Origin: Leptonemataceae bacterium | GTDB taxonomy: Bacteria > Spirochaetota > Leptospiria > Leptospirales > Leptonemataceae | Assembly (NCBI GenBank): GCA_965227295.1 | Contig: OZ245742.1 | Coordinates: forward strand, 5,536,001 to 5,600,000 | Direction of reading: 5' to 3' | Length of the DNA: 64,000 bases | Shown: positions 39,501-48,800 of the stretch, in pieces | Position numbering within the stretch: the first letter of the stretch is position 1 | How the letters are laid out: the number at the start of each line of letters is the position of its first letter | Translations under genes and position numbers: made by a program | The notes under the pieces: model-generated | What the model was told of the DNA's origin: nothing | The model's input: the letters and a program-made list of their open reading frames with translations, nothing else | Database searches by the model: none

Positions 39501-40170
39501 CTTCAATGTCGGTGACTTCTTTAAGTATATCGCCATCGGCGCCTTCGCCGGCGCTCTGGGCGGCGGAGTCGGACACGTTCTCACAGCGGCCTTCGGCGCG
39601 TCCATGGCGGCCACCGGCGCCGTGGTGGGTGCCACCGTCGGCACCGCCGTGGATACGATGGTCTTTTCGATCCTCACGCAGGTGGCCGATACCGGCCGCG
39701 TCGACTGGCGCAGCGTGGGCATCGATATCGGCTTCGGCCTGGTCGGTGCCGGGGCCGGGGCGGCACTGGGCAAAATGGGCAGCGCCGCTTCGAAATCGAT
39801 CTACCGCGGCGGCCAGAAGGCCGTGAGCAAAATCTCATCGAAAATGAGCCGCAGCGCTCCGACCGCGAGCCGAACCGCCGGCCGTGCCATGGGAAAAACC
39901 GGACGCGTCGTGGGCCCGGACGGTGAGGTCCTGACCCGCATGGCGGGCGTGCGGCAGCACATCGGCCGGGTCATTGGACCGGACGGACAGATCATGCTGC
40001 GCCAGCCCGGCACGCGCAATCTGCCGATCCACCGGAGCTTCAGTGACCAGATCCAGGCGGCTCTGCCCAGCGCCGGCCCCATCGCCGCGAAGGTCGGCCG
40101 GGCCGTCCTCCGCAGCGCGGGCGCGGCCGGCATCGGCACCACCGGCGGCAACGGAACGAACGAGGACTGA
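33592..40170 (+). CDS. Large RHS/YD-repeat protein with SpvB-like N-terminus, FG-GAP repeats, RHS core and Gly/Ala-rich C-terminus
   Basis: IPVYMPPG...LQYSS...G.LGVGW.LSGLS.IERC; 7x GD(F/Y)NGDG.TDF; GRGFVGF; YD repeats; YYFNARYYDP.TGRF; NNPITYSDPGG. Confidence 0.92.
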   Translation: MQNKRFHNLQTFTKSKLAVLVAALLAFFAATPALQSSGGGNAGGMLEGQFDPGPAGGAGFQIPVYMPPGVRDFQPRLKLQYSSINQDRGMLGVGWDLSGLSQIERCGKRRHLDGHNAPVRYNKGDRLCLDGSRLVGRNGNDNNAYWNGPFSKEVEDWNEIRLHGNCGNGPCRFTVHETNGSMRTYGGAGHARIYARNNTAVRVWLLSEMRDPNGNRIEFKYRSGFGAGTAYIDRIEYEGRGARFFYDRIDDARNINYSYDGTGRTAQRNRLKRIEVFTAAGVFQSYRFSYERSQLTKRSRLRRIDRCDSNNRCLDPMEMSYNDASMNGEFRIVSPGGHVYQDWLRYDPGVNIITGDFNGDGKQDFIRQEKGDRGKDRNNTFNVYLSRGDGKFNIVTPGVNGRQDDPFQHHLRFDPGANIITGDYNGDGKTDFIRQEKNDWDNNDKWTFRVYFSRGNGHFNVVTPNGHAYQHNLRADDGAIIIPGDYNGDGKTDFIRQERGGWDDDTTGTFEVYFSRGNGYFNIVRPNGHVYQDWLRYDPGANIIPGDFNGDGRTDFLRQERGDRDNDANNTFNVYLSRGNGYFDIVTPGGSAFQSNLRSDNGVNIIPGDFNGDGKTDFIRQEKKDWDHDTNNTFNVYFSRGNGHFDVTTPSGGVYQDWLRADPGANIIPLDYNGDGKTDFIRQEKGGRDDDTNNSFNVYVSRGDGTFDIRTPDGYLYQSYLRADPGARLIPGDFDGDGRDDFIRQEKGGWDDDTHLSFGIYFAGAHRAQAADTLKRIVHGPVDHRFTYRRLTEYNANGGINLPGGHRGFLAPFTVLKSYQRIVKTQAGKQTINRHYTYKGAALHPGGRGFVGFRQMHVRGPEENFRTENILRVDFPFTGQTERKTTFNANRSRVLNVEKFQYNKANGLAPQSRIAQLTRKTSEARESSGSRTAVQNIQYDAGNPALVKQTVGSSSMATCTEYSGGQIAAIIRADSCEYSGGSCSCSGVLTEERFERDTSGNVKERRNFDSSRNAWLVERYDYDSRGNRIRTYLPTGAVQTVRFDSTYRTYPVEITTNANGQSYTETLEHDPRNGRPLRETDPNGITARNAYDDFGRLTEAYHTSPSGDEELVGAHQYTRQGNLYVRTTHLLHTWDSDHRTVNVLAVDGLGREIRREEGSSAQRVIVQTEYDVRGSIKRRSEGHLSGESPQWTQYTRDVRGRPVRVTQPGGAVTNVSYAYGGGDCAADQLRVTAVTSVNRGAGRHVTRCRNASNETERLVLRDPVSGASTTHEYDFDALGRMTAARDGQSATNISVDSLGRRVRIESTERGSIEYIYDDRGQLALERRNGEDTYFTYDALNRVTEIVYPDGSRAVYEYDDTTFANTIGRISTAAMVSGAGKEIARREYSYGVSGRAEVIISHFPDLAEPQVIEYRTNVMGDTTSVHYPSGRIACYEYNDRGLLARIDVASGTCADPNAETFVRYKQYTANNQPGLVEYGNGVVTGFEYDGNHRVRGIHTTDAEDVTILEHDYTWTSLNEVESITDDLGDDDAQYTYNGLGYLTRAVGPYGDLSYEYNADGNLIRKDGLNVSYEGSRPEAAGDGRTLEYDAHGNITHRVKNGETFAYEYNGRRKIQRVLRNGKIAGLYEYDAAGDRVTKIDGSGNKTIYVSPEYEITDFAGDRNLRTEYISTPTGRVAAISNEEGIRYAMHKSVQHGLQARAYNTGSVTGLAGFLNHTIMSYAYDPVTIRHGIIAFWALAGAAALAMFVWMLRRPARSAYRRRRMRLAYPAPFVAVTMLAMSISCGGGDSGMLVPPGGLNPGFLFQNESSSGENSPEAYGYAEEGTYYFQYNQVGSTILVTDEAGTPVGRTVYKPYGELYEDASDGRGYFRSKFNDREWDRDAEMYYFNARYYDPATGRFLRADDFLFGTSSDNAAQMNRYAFSANNPITYSDPGGNFAFIPILIAIGIGAAAGAAAGAIAYGISVAMNGGTFNVGDFFKYIAIGAFAGALGGGVGHVLTAAFGASMAATGAVVGATVGTAVDTMVFSILTQVADTGRVDWRSVGIDIGFGLVGAGAGAALGKMGSAASKSIYRGGQKAVSKISSKMSRSAPTASRTAGRAMGKTGRVVGPDGEVLTRMAGVRQHIGRVIGPDGQIMLRQPGTRNLPIHRSFSDQIQAALPSAGPIAAKVGRAVLRSAGAAGIGTTGGNGTNED
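34582..35880 (+). repeat. Seven tandem ~186-bp (62-aa) FG-GAP-like coding repeats
   Basis: GD.NGDG.TDFIRQE recurs at 186-nt spacing, e.g. 35041 and 35227; first unit slightly longer. Confidence 0.9.
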
Positions 40171-40177
40171 GGCCGAA

Positions 40178-41062
40178 TCAGAATAGAACGAGACTGGCAG
40201 CCATCACCGCCATCCCGGCAATGAGTCCGTAGATGGACAGGTGATGGTTGCCGTACTCTTCGGCGGCGGGCAGAAGTTCGTCGAGGCTGATGAACACCAT
40301 GATGCCCGCCACGAGGGCAAAGAGCACGCCGAACATCGACTCGTTTAAGTACGGGTAGAGAAACAGAAAGGCGAGCACGGCTCCCAGGGGCTCGGCCAGC
40401 CCGGACAGAAAAGAAAGGCCGAAGGCTCGACTGCGATTCCCGGTGGCGTAAAAGATGGGAACGCTCACGGCGATGCCTTCGGGAATGTTGTGCAACGCAA
40501 TCGCGAAGGCGATCGCCACGCCCACCTCGGGATGACTCAAGGCCGCGGTAAAAACGGCGATGCCTTCCGGAAAGTTGTGAATCGCAATCGCCAGCGCGGA
40601 GAGGATACCGGTGCGCAGAAGCTGTGCCCGCGCAGTGGATCGCGTCGGAACATCCGCCGTCGCCGGATAGACCGAGGCCAGGCCCAGCTCCGCGCGTCCC
40701 CGTTCGATCTTCTCGTCATGGCCCATGTCCTCGGTGATGCGCGCCTCGTGGGGATTCACAATGTGCGGCACGAATCGGTCGATCAACGCGATGAGTGCGA
40801 TGCCCGCGAAGAACGCGAGCGTGGTGTAGAGCGTGCCCGTTCGTTCATCGTAAACGGAATGCATGGCCTCGGACGCCTTGGGCAAAATCTCCATGAACGA
40901 AACGTAGATCATGACACCGGCGGAGAATCCCAACGCCAGCGAAAGAAAACGCGTGTTCGTGCGTTCGGTAAAGAACGCGAGGGCACTGCCGATGCCCGTG
41001 GCCAGGCCGGCGCCGAGGGTAAACAGAAACGCGATCAGGATGGTTTCGTAGTCGGCGTTCAT
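40178..41062 (-). CDS. zupT: ZIP family zinc transporter ZupT
   Basis: LAGLATGIG-like TM1, FSAGVMIYVSF.E, HNFPEG, HNIPEG, ISLDELLPAA. Confidence 0.95.
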   Translation of the reverse strand: MNADYETILIAFLFTLGAGLATGIGSALAFFTERTNTRFLSLALGFSAGVMIYVSFMEILPKASEAMHSVYDERTGTLYTTLAFFAGIALIALIDRFVPHIVNPHEARITEDMGHDEKIERGRAELGLASVYPATADVPTRSTARAQLLRTGILSALAIAIHNFPEGIAVFTAALSHPEVGVAIAFAIALHNIPEGIAVSVPIFYATGNRSRAFGLSFLSGLAEPLGAVLAFLFLYPYLNESMFGVLFALVAGIMVFISLDELLPAAEEYGNHHLSIYGLIAGMAVMAASLVLF

Positions 41063-42100
41063 TTATGTAATAGAGATAGGCGCGGAATCGGAAACGGCCA
41101 GGGAATTCCTGCGCAACGCACGCACGCGCTCGACGGCCGTAACATAATCCCGCACGATCGCCTCGATCCGCGCCGCGCCGTTTGCCCGGGCATCCGCCGG
41201 CACTCCTGTTGCATCGACACTGCAACGCAACGACGTCCCGGTTCGCAAACGCAGCGGCCCCGACACATCCGCGTACAGAAACAGCCCCACGCCGCGCACG
41301 AATTCCGCCGCGGCGGTGAGATCGGCCAGGGCTCCGCGCGCGCCGCGGAGGCGCGGTCGTGTAATCACCGCGGAAGCCCGGGCGGCCGGACTGCCGTAGG
41401 TTAAGCGCGCGCTGTCCCGCTCACAGCCCAAACGCAGGTTGCTCAGACGCGCCCCGGCCTCGGTACCGTAGAGCACGGCTACTAATCTGCGTTCGCCGAA
41501 TGTTAATCCGCGTTCCCGTTTCCCGAAGTTCCGCGCCGTGACGAGATCCACGGCGTCGAGACTCAGGCAACGCATGGTATAGTATGCCAGCAGGACTTCC
41601 CGGGGTTCCAGGCCGCCGCCGGGGCGGCCGTCGCTGAAGGCCTCGTAGAGATCGTTCACGTCCTCGAAGCCGGCGACCGCGGCCAGGGCTGCGCTATTTT
41701 GAATGCGCGCATCCTCGCGCAGCCAATCTTCCAGGCCCCGCCCGGCGACACGCAGGCAAAGCGCACGCTCCTGTGGTTCGCTGCGAAGATAGCGCGCAAA
41801 TTCGCCGGCGTCGAAGTTCATGCCGCGCACGCTGCGCAGCCGACCGAAGCGCCGCACCAGGGTCGGCAGAGCGGCCGCATCACACTCGTTCGCGTACATG
41901 AGATAGGCCAGCACGTCCTCGGGGCGGCGATCCATGCGATGGGCGAGAAACGTAACGCAGCGATGCAGCAGCCGCTGCGCGGCGGCCCGGGAAAGGTCGC
42001 GACCGCTCGCCAGTTCGAGATGATCGATCTCGCAGCCGCCCGGATAGTCCGCGTGCACGATGTCCGCCGGCGTCGGCTGCGGCGACGTCGGTGAGTACAT
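41063..42100 (-). CDS. Hypothetical protein; start uncertain
   Basis: Long ORF whose stop directly abuts the zupT start; no motif recognised. Confidence 0.6.
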   Translation of the reverse strand: MYSPTSPQPTPADIVHADYPGGCEIDHLELASGRDLSRAAAQRLLHRCVTFLAHRMDRRPEDVLAYLMYANECDAAALPTLVRRFGRLRSVRGMNFDAGEFARYLRSEPQERALCLRVAGRGLEDWLREDARIQNSAALAAVAGFEDVNDLYEAFSDGRPGGGLEPREVLLAYYTMRCLSLDAVDLVTARNFGKRERGLTFGERRLVAVLYGTEAGARLSNLRLGCERDSARLTYGSPAARASAVITRPRLRGARGALADLTAAAEFVRGVGLFLYADVSGPLRLRTGTSLRCSVDATGVPADARANGAARIEAIVRDYVTAVERVRALRRNSLAVSDSAPISIT

Positions 42101-42339
42101 GCGCACGAGACGATACTCGCGGAAGCCGTGATGCAGGAGCGGCGGCGTCACTGCAAGTGCGGACAAGGGAAATGACGGTCCACCGTTGCGCGGACGGGAT
42201 GTTACGTGTACTTTTTGATACATGTCGTGTGTTTGTTGACGATTTCAGGCGGGCCCTGATTCGGCAAGAAGCTATTGCACGGCCCCGTCATCGCAGCGAA
42301 AACGAATGACAGGCCCCGCCTCCGCCGCGAGCATGGCCC

Positions 42340-43128
42340 ATGCACGGAATCCTGCGCACCCTTCTTAAAGTTCTTTTAATTTCAGTTAGTGTCCCGCTCC
42401 TGGCCTGCGGGGGCTACGAGGAGCATCCCTCGGGCCTCAAGTTCCGCGACGAGGTCGTGGGCAGCGGCGAATCGCCCGAGGCCGGCGACTACGTTACCGT
42501 CCACTACACCGGCCGCCTCTACGACAGCGGGGCGAAGTTCGACTCCTCCCTGGATCGCGACCGGCCGTTTACGTTTCAGATCGGCCGGGGCCAGGTCATC
42601 CAGGGCTGGGACATCGGCGTCATGAGCATGAAAAAAGGCGGCAAGCGCATCCTGGTCATTCCGCCGGACCTGGGCTACGGCGAACGCGGGGCCGGGCCGC
42701 GCATCCCGCCGAACTCCACGCTCAAGTTCGACGTGGAACTGCTCGACTTCCGCAAACCGCCGGAACCCTGGCCGACGCCGGAAACGGCGGCACGGCGCGC
42801 CGCCGGCGGTCTTCAGTACTACGTATTATCCGAAGGCGAAGGCGAACGCCCGCAGGCCGGTCAAACCGTGGCGGTCCACTACTCCGGGTACCTGGAGGAC
42901 GGCACGCTCTTCGACAGCTCACGGACCCGGGGCGAACCCATTGAGTTCGTGCTCGGTCAGGGCCAGGTCATCAAGGGCTGGGACGCCGGCATCGCCCTCA
43001 TGAAACCGGGCGCGAAGTACAAGCTGGTCATCCCGCCGAATCTGGGCTACGGCGATCAGGGCGCCGGTCGGGTCATTCCGCCGAACGCAACGCTCATCTT
43101 CGATGTCGAGTTGGTGGAAGTAAAATAA
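42340..43128 (+). CDS. Lipoprotein with two FKBP-type peptidyl-prolyl isomerase domains
   Basis: LLA-C; two copies of VHY.G.L..G..FDSS...GQVI.GWD.G...IPP.LGYG...IPPN.TL.FDVEL. Confidence 0.95.
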   Translation: MHGILRTLLKVLLISVSVPLLACGGYEEHPSGLKFRDEVVGSGESPEAGDYVTVHYTGRLYDSGAKFDSSLDRDRPFTFQIGRGQVIQGWDIGVMSMKKGGKRILVIPPDLGYGERGAGPRIPPNSTLKFDVELLDFRKPPEPWPTPETAARRAAGGLQYYVLSEGEGERPQAGQTVAVHYSGYLEDGTLFDSSRTRGEPIEFVLGQGQVIKGWDAGIALMKPGAKYKLVIPPNLGYGDQGAGRVIPPNATLIFDVELVEVK

Positions 43129-43206
43129 ACATCACAGCCCCGGTCACCGTGCCCCGCTGCGAATGAAGTTGACGGATCTCTTGCGCTGAAGTACGAGCGT
43201 CCTGGC

Positions 43207-43695
43207 ATGAAAGATCTTGCAATGAATCTCTCACGTCCGGCGTTCCTCCTGCTCCTTGCCACAACGACGTTCCTCGCCTGCACGTTCAGCCAGAACATCG
43301 GCGGCTCGTACGAAATCGAGGGCCCGGGGGATATCGAAAGCCGGGTCGCCATCGTGAACGCAGCCCTGGTGGAACGCTTCAAGGATTCCGAAACCATGCA
43401 GGCCGAACTGGCGGAGCACTTCGAGATCGCGTCGGAGGACATTCGCTCGGTCCGGCTCACCGCCGGTCAGTATACGAGCAGCACGGAGGAGGGCGAGACG
43501 CGCCGGGCCATCTTGCAGATCAACGTATCGGTAGCCGCCTCGTTGGAACTGGATCCGAACGAAATCGTCGAGTATCTCAGCGAGGAAACCGGGAAGGTCC
43601 TGCGACCGAAAGGCTTCACGCTAAAGAGGTTCGCGTCCCCTCTGGGAATCTTCGCGCTCGCGCGAAACCTGCGGGCCGCCGCTCAGCCCGCGTAG
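43207..43695 (+). CDS. Hypothetical lipoprotein
   Basis: TFLA-C lipobox after hydrophobic stretch. Confidence 0.7.
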   Translation: MKDLAMNLSRPAFLLLLATTTFLACTFSQNIGGSYEIEGPGDIESRVAIVNAALVERFKDSETMQAELAEHFEIASEDIRSVRLTAGQYTSSTEEGETRRAILQINVSVAASLELDPNEIVEYLSEETGKVLRPKGFTLKRFASPLGIFALARNLRAAAQPA

Positions 43696-43958
43696 TCGCG
43701 AACGTTCTCGTCGAGCAACACGCGGCGGTCGGTGATCCTGTCGCGCAGAATGATGTAGCCGTCCCGATCACAGTCCAGCTCCAGGCGCGATGTGCCGGTC
43801 TGGCTCCGGAAGTACTTCTCAATAAAACAATTCGGCTCCAGGCCGAGCGCGCGGAGCAAGTGGTGATGATGCTGGATGATTTCAGCTTTGTGCGCGTCCA
43901 GGATCTCCCGCCAGTTGCCGGGGATTGGAAACGATGATGATGCGGAGGCTGCACTCAT
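43683..43958 (-). CDS. Small hypothetical protein
   Basis: Open frame with GC-rich codons, downstream of an AT-rich promoter-like region. Confidence 0.6.
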   Translation of the reverse strand: MSAASASSSFPIPGNWREILDAHKAEIIQHHHHLLRALGLEPNCFIEKYFRSQTGTSRLELDCDRDGYIILRDRITDRRVLLDENVRDYAG

Positions 43959-44062
43959 GATGACTCTCTACTGCCTCTTAGATTTTCGCCAATTCTAATG
44001 GTTCAACTAAATCTGTGCAATCCCGATTCTTGCTGATTTTTAACAATCATAGCCATCTTTCA

Positions 44063-44912
44063 CTAAAAAACTACGGTTTTAGCTGTAAAATATGAACAAT
44101 TTCTCCGCGCGCATTCACAATTCGCACAGTCATGTTTCCGTTTGAGTCGATCTCGATCTCGCCGAAGTTGAACCAGCCCAGGGCTTCCTCAAAACTCCGC
44201 ATAATTTGCCAGGCCCTCGAGCAACCATCGCAGTTATTCGACGCCGAGCATGGACTTGCCGTGGTCGGCGGCTTTGCGCGGGTCGCGGTACTGGCGATTG
44301 TCGAGCAGGAAGATTTCTAAATGTTTGCCGAAACGAAGTTTACGATAGATGCGGCCGGTTTCTTCCAGCTGTGATGAAATGGGATTCCACTCGAAGAAGG
44401 CCGCCCGGCCTGTTGCCGTACATGCCGGCTTCTTCGCAACGATTGTCGGCGTAGATCATGTCTCCCAGGCCGATGAAAAAATCATAACCGATACTTTTCT
44501 TTGACTGCGTCACCGGGACCCGTGCCGCCCTGTCCCGGAGGACGCGCACGATCGGAAAGCCGAGCTCGCGATCCCGGCAAACATTCTGTCCGGCGATGTC
44601 ACCGCCGAAGGCGAAACGTACCGGCGCGGGAAAATTCGCCGGAGGCGCCGTGCGAAACGAACCGCGCGCGATCCACGTCGCATCCTCCGGCGCCGCGGCG
44701 TTCCGCCATCCCGCGAAAGGACCGGTGTCGAACCACACGGTGTAACGATAGTTCTCGTGCGGGGCCAGTCCGCCGATCGTAACCTTGCCGGTGAAGTCGC
44801 CGGCCGCGTCGATAACATCGCCGGCGGCGACACCGTGCGTGATGGTGCCGTAGCGCGGGCCGCAGGCGAGACCGGCGACGAACAGAAAGACGAAACAACG
44901 CGAGAGATGCAC
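44063..44912 (-). pseudogene. phoD: Alkaline phosphatase D (PhoD) family pseudogene with deletions, frameshifts and a nonsense codon
   Basis: Ordered fragments in different frames: THGVAAGDV; FAFGGD; DFFIGLGDMIYAD; YRKLRFGKHLEIFLLDNRQYR...MLGVE*LRWL (TAA at 44234-44236); FNFGEIEIDSNG. Confidence 0.8.
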
Positions 44913-44994
44913 GGCGCGAGACTGGCAGGCCTTAATCGGGCGGCAATCGGAAATCGATGGACGCCTGCCCGCGAACCGCGAGAAAGTTCGTCGC

Positions 44995-45852
44995 ATGAGC
45001 GATCGTCCCGCACAGCAGTCGCCCTTCGCGCCGGCAGAAGCCCCCGGCGCCGGCATTCGCGAACGCCTGCACGAAATCATCTTCGGCGCGGAAACGCCCT
45101 TGGGCAAGGCCTTCGACGTGGCGCTTCTGTGGGCCATCGTCATTTCGGTGGTGGCCGTGCTCCTGGAAAGCGTCCCGGAAATTCGCGGGCGTTACGGCAC
45201 CGAACTCAAGTACATTGAGTGGGCCTTCACCATCGTCTTTACGATCGAGTACTTCGCCCGCCTGTGCGCCGTGCGCCGGCCGCTGCGCTACGCACGCTCG
45301 TTCTTCGGCATCGTGGACCTGCTGGCCGTCGTGCCGACGTACCTCAGCATCGTGTTCATTGGCACGCACTACTTTCTGGTGGTACGCATCTTACGATTGT
45401 TGCGCATCTTCCGGGTATTCAAACTCGTCCGCTATACCGGCGAGGCCGATCTCATTCTGCGTGCCCTCATGCTGTCCCGCGCAAAGATCACGGTCTTCCT
45501 CGGCGGAGTGCTCACGCTCGTGGTCATCATCGGTTCGCTTATGTACGTCATCGAAGGCGAGGCCAACGGTTTCACGAGCATCCCGAAGAGCATCTACTGG
45601 GCGATCGTCACGCTGACCACCGTGGGATACGGCGACGTCACTCCGCAAACGCCCCTGGGCCAGATGCTCTCGGCGCTGGTCATGCTGATTGGTTACGGGA
45701 TCATCGCCGTGCCTACGGGCATCGTGACGGCGGAGATTACGTCGGAGGTGCAACGTCGCGCGAAGCTCGACCATCGCACCTGCGCACACTGCGGGGCGGA
45801 AGGCCACGAGCGCGACGCGGAGTTCTGTAAGTTTTGCGGAGGTGAACTTTAG
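44995..45852 (+). CDS. Voltage-gated-type potassium channel / ion transporter
   Basis: S4-like RILRLLRIFRVFK; selectivity filter TTVGYGD; C-terminal CxxC...CxxCG. Confidence 0.92.
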   Translation: MSDRPAQQSPFAPAEAPGAGIRERLHEIIFGAETPLGKAFDVALLWAIVISVVAVLLESVPEIRGRYGTELKYIEWAFTIVFTIEYFARLCAVRRPLRYARSFFGIVDLLAVVPTYLSIVFIGTHYFLVVRILRLLRIFRVFKLVRYTGEADLILRALMLSRAKITVFLGGVLTLVVIIGSLMYVIEGEANGFTSIPKSIYWAIVTLTTVGYGDVTPQTPLGQMLSALVMLIGYGIIAVPTGIVTAEITSEVQRRAKLDHRTCAHCGAEGHERDAEFCKFCGGEL

Positions 45853-45857
45853 GAATT

Positions 45858-48800
45858 CTACCGCCGTCGCAACGTCAGGTATTTGTAGTCTTTCTCAAAC
45901 CCGAAGTCGATCAACGCCTGCGCGTATTCGCTTTTCGGCGCGGCCGTGTCGTTGATCGTCTCGACGCGCACCTGCCCCGGCGGCTGAAACGCGCGCCCTA
46001 AGATGCGTTCAAATAACTTTAAGTAGAGCTTCAGACGCTCGTTCTCCGGCGGGCGACGAATCTCAAGCACGGCGCCGTTGCGGCGCGAAATGAGCACAAC
46101 CTCCGCGCCGTCCATCACGAAGTGCGTGCCGCTCTTGCGATCCGGAAAACTCGCGAACGGCCGCGGGTCCACATTCGTTACGGCGCCGTCGAAACGCAGG
46201 CCGCAAACCGAAGCCGGATCCTTCGCGGACATCGCATACACACGATCTTCCTCCAGGCCGCGACGCAACACACGGTAGGCCGCGGCGGAGGCGAATTGCA
46301 GGCCGGGGACGCCTTCGAAAAAGTAACCGCCCAGAATCTCACCGGAGAGTTCCATCAAACGCAACTGGCGAAGCACCGCCGACCAGCGCAGCGCCGGTAA
46401 CTCACGCTGCAACAATTCACGAAACAACACGCCGTAGCGCGCGAACAACAATCGAATGCGTTCGCGAACGAGCTCCTCTTCTTCCAGTAGATCGTCCGCG
46501 CGACTTTCCGGCAGGTTCAAAAAATACCAGCGCCCGCCCGGCTGCCGGCCCTGGGACCAGCGTCCTTCGAGGGTCGCGCGAAAGGCCGCACGACGCGCCT
46601 GTTGCGGTGGAATCGCCTGAAACTTTTTTTCGATACCGCGGCGCACCGTGACGAAGGCGTCACTCGCAATCTCCCCACGCCAGGCCGCACGCCAGAGCAA
46701 CTCCACAAGTTCCCCGGCATCGCGATCGGCGCGCTGGGCCAGCTCCAGCGCGTCGTAACGCGCGGCGGGATCGATCCACAGTTGCCGCAACGCCTCGCGG
46801 TCCGCCGCGGCCTGTTCGTCTTCATCGTCAAGCGGCGCGCGCGGAAATAAATCGAGATCTTCGGCGAAGGCGAACGCGATGGTTTCTTTGCCGCAACCGA
46901 ACCAGGCCAGACTGCTCTCCTGAAACAAACTATCGAAGAAAGCAGTATGATAGGGCGACACTCGAAACGGAAGGATGTCCTGCTCCCACTGCGCAGCCTG
47001 CGCCGGATATCCCAACAGTGATTCCAGGCGCCGCTTCATGACTTCCAGGGGACCTGCGCCGGCCGCGTCGGCGTCGATTTCCAGCGGAATCAATCCCTGA
47101 TACTCCGCCAGAAAAACGGGCAGCAGCCGTACCGGCAACGTCCGTTCCACGGCTCCCCGGGCGCGGCGACGCACCAGGCGCAGGAGATGTTCCAGGTTGT
47201 CCGCGTCGCAGAGACGCAAGCGGGATTCGCCCAGGTGATCCGGGGCCGGCGTCCGCACGAGCAAATGTTCGCGCAAAAGATCGTCCAAAAGAGACGCCCA
47301 CGCGTCTCCCGCGAGTCCGAAGCACACGGGCACGATGTCCTCGTTCGCGGGGCCGTAGTAACGCAGGAACTGCGCCACGAGACGCGCGGCGAGCCGGCGA
47401 TCCCCGTTCGTCGCAAACGTACCCAGGTCCCCGAGGTTCTCGAGGGCCGTCACGACGGGCACGCCGGCCCCGGGCAGCAGGATTTCGCACAGGTGCTCGC
47501 TTAACTCTTTCTGTACAGAAGCTAAGAACGAAGACCGCGCGTTGCCGGACTCCTCGGCCGCGTCCGCACCGGCGGCCGCAGCCTCAAACAACTCACGGCC
47601 GTCCCGTTGCATCGCCGCGAGCAAGGCCTGCCACTCCGGCCGCGGGATGATCAGGCGCTCTTTGACCCACTCGACAAGGTCCTGGACCGAACGCGGCGAG
47701 TACTCCGGCGCCGTGCGCTGGAGCTTCGCACGGAACTCCTCGTAGAGTTCGCGCGAAATCTTCGGCCGGCGCTGTTCATCGAACACCACGCGATCCAGCA
47801 GCTCGCCGTCGAGGGTGCTGCGCCGATCCCGCGTGGGCGTGTCATCTGCGTACATAAAGTAGTTCGTCTCGCGCCACACCAGGTCCGCGGCGAAGGGCGA
47901 GGCCCGACGGGTCGTCGTTTCGCTGACAGTGATTTCGCCGCGCTGAATTTCCTCCAGGCGTTCGCGTAACGTATCCAGTTCGAACTCGTCGCGCAGACAC
48001 GTGCGCCAGGTTTCGAGCATGATGGGAAAATCTTTGTAACCACTGACGGCCTCGAGCAACTTCTTCGAACGCAAACGATTGAACCACAACGGCAGGCGTT
48101 GGTCAAAGCCGGACGGCGGGAGCAGCAACGCCCGCCCGGCGTTTTCGCGAAAGCGCGCACCGAAGTAGCCGCTGCTTTCCAGGGACTCGCGCAGCAGATC
48201 TTCCAGGTCCCGCGATGGTACCAGGTCCCATAGATCTTCCACGGCGAAGTCGTCGGGCAGGATCAACAACACACCGTCGTCGTTGTGGGTGGTTTGCAGC
48301 GGGAACGATTGCAAACGCCGCCAGGCGGCGCGCAACGCCAGCGAAAGCGGCCGGTTCGCGCGACCGCCCCAGAATGTGTGCAGGATAACCTGCTTTTGAT
48401 CGCTGCGGTTCAACGGGTCCTGGAAGTGCTCGACGAGCACATGATGACGATGCGGCAACGGCGCGTTCGCGGCGGATCGTTGTGCTTCCAGAAACTCAAG
48501 CAGTTGATTCGCCGCGACTTCGTCCAGGAAGTAATCGCGACGAAATTCACTGAGCAACTCCGCGCGGTACTCCGGCGCCGCGGCATGGGCTAACCTTCCG
48601 TCAATGTCTTCTAAGAATTCACCCAGGCGATCGCAGAGATGCCGGCCGCGGTCGTCGTCCTCGGCGCGCCAGAAAGGCACGATGGCGTGTTTTGCTTCGC
48701 CGGGGACCACAAGCACGTCATTGTGCGTGATCTCCGCGATCTTCCAGTAACGATTGCCCAGATGAAAGACGTCGCCCAGGCTGCGTTCCCAGACGAACTC

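Noticed and set aside
33616..39576. 757-aa and 1103-aa minus-strand ORFs
   Set aside because: Antisense shadows of the GC-rich RHS gene; no motifs.
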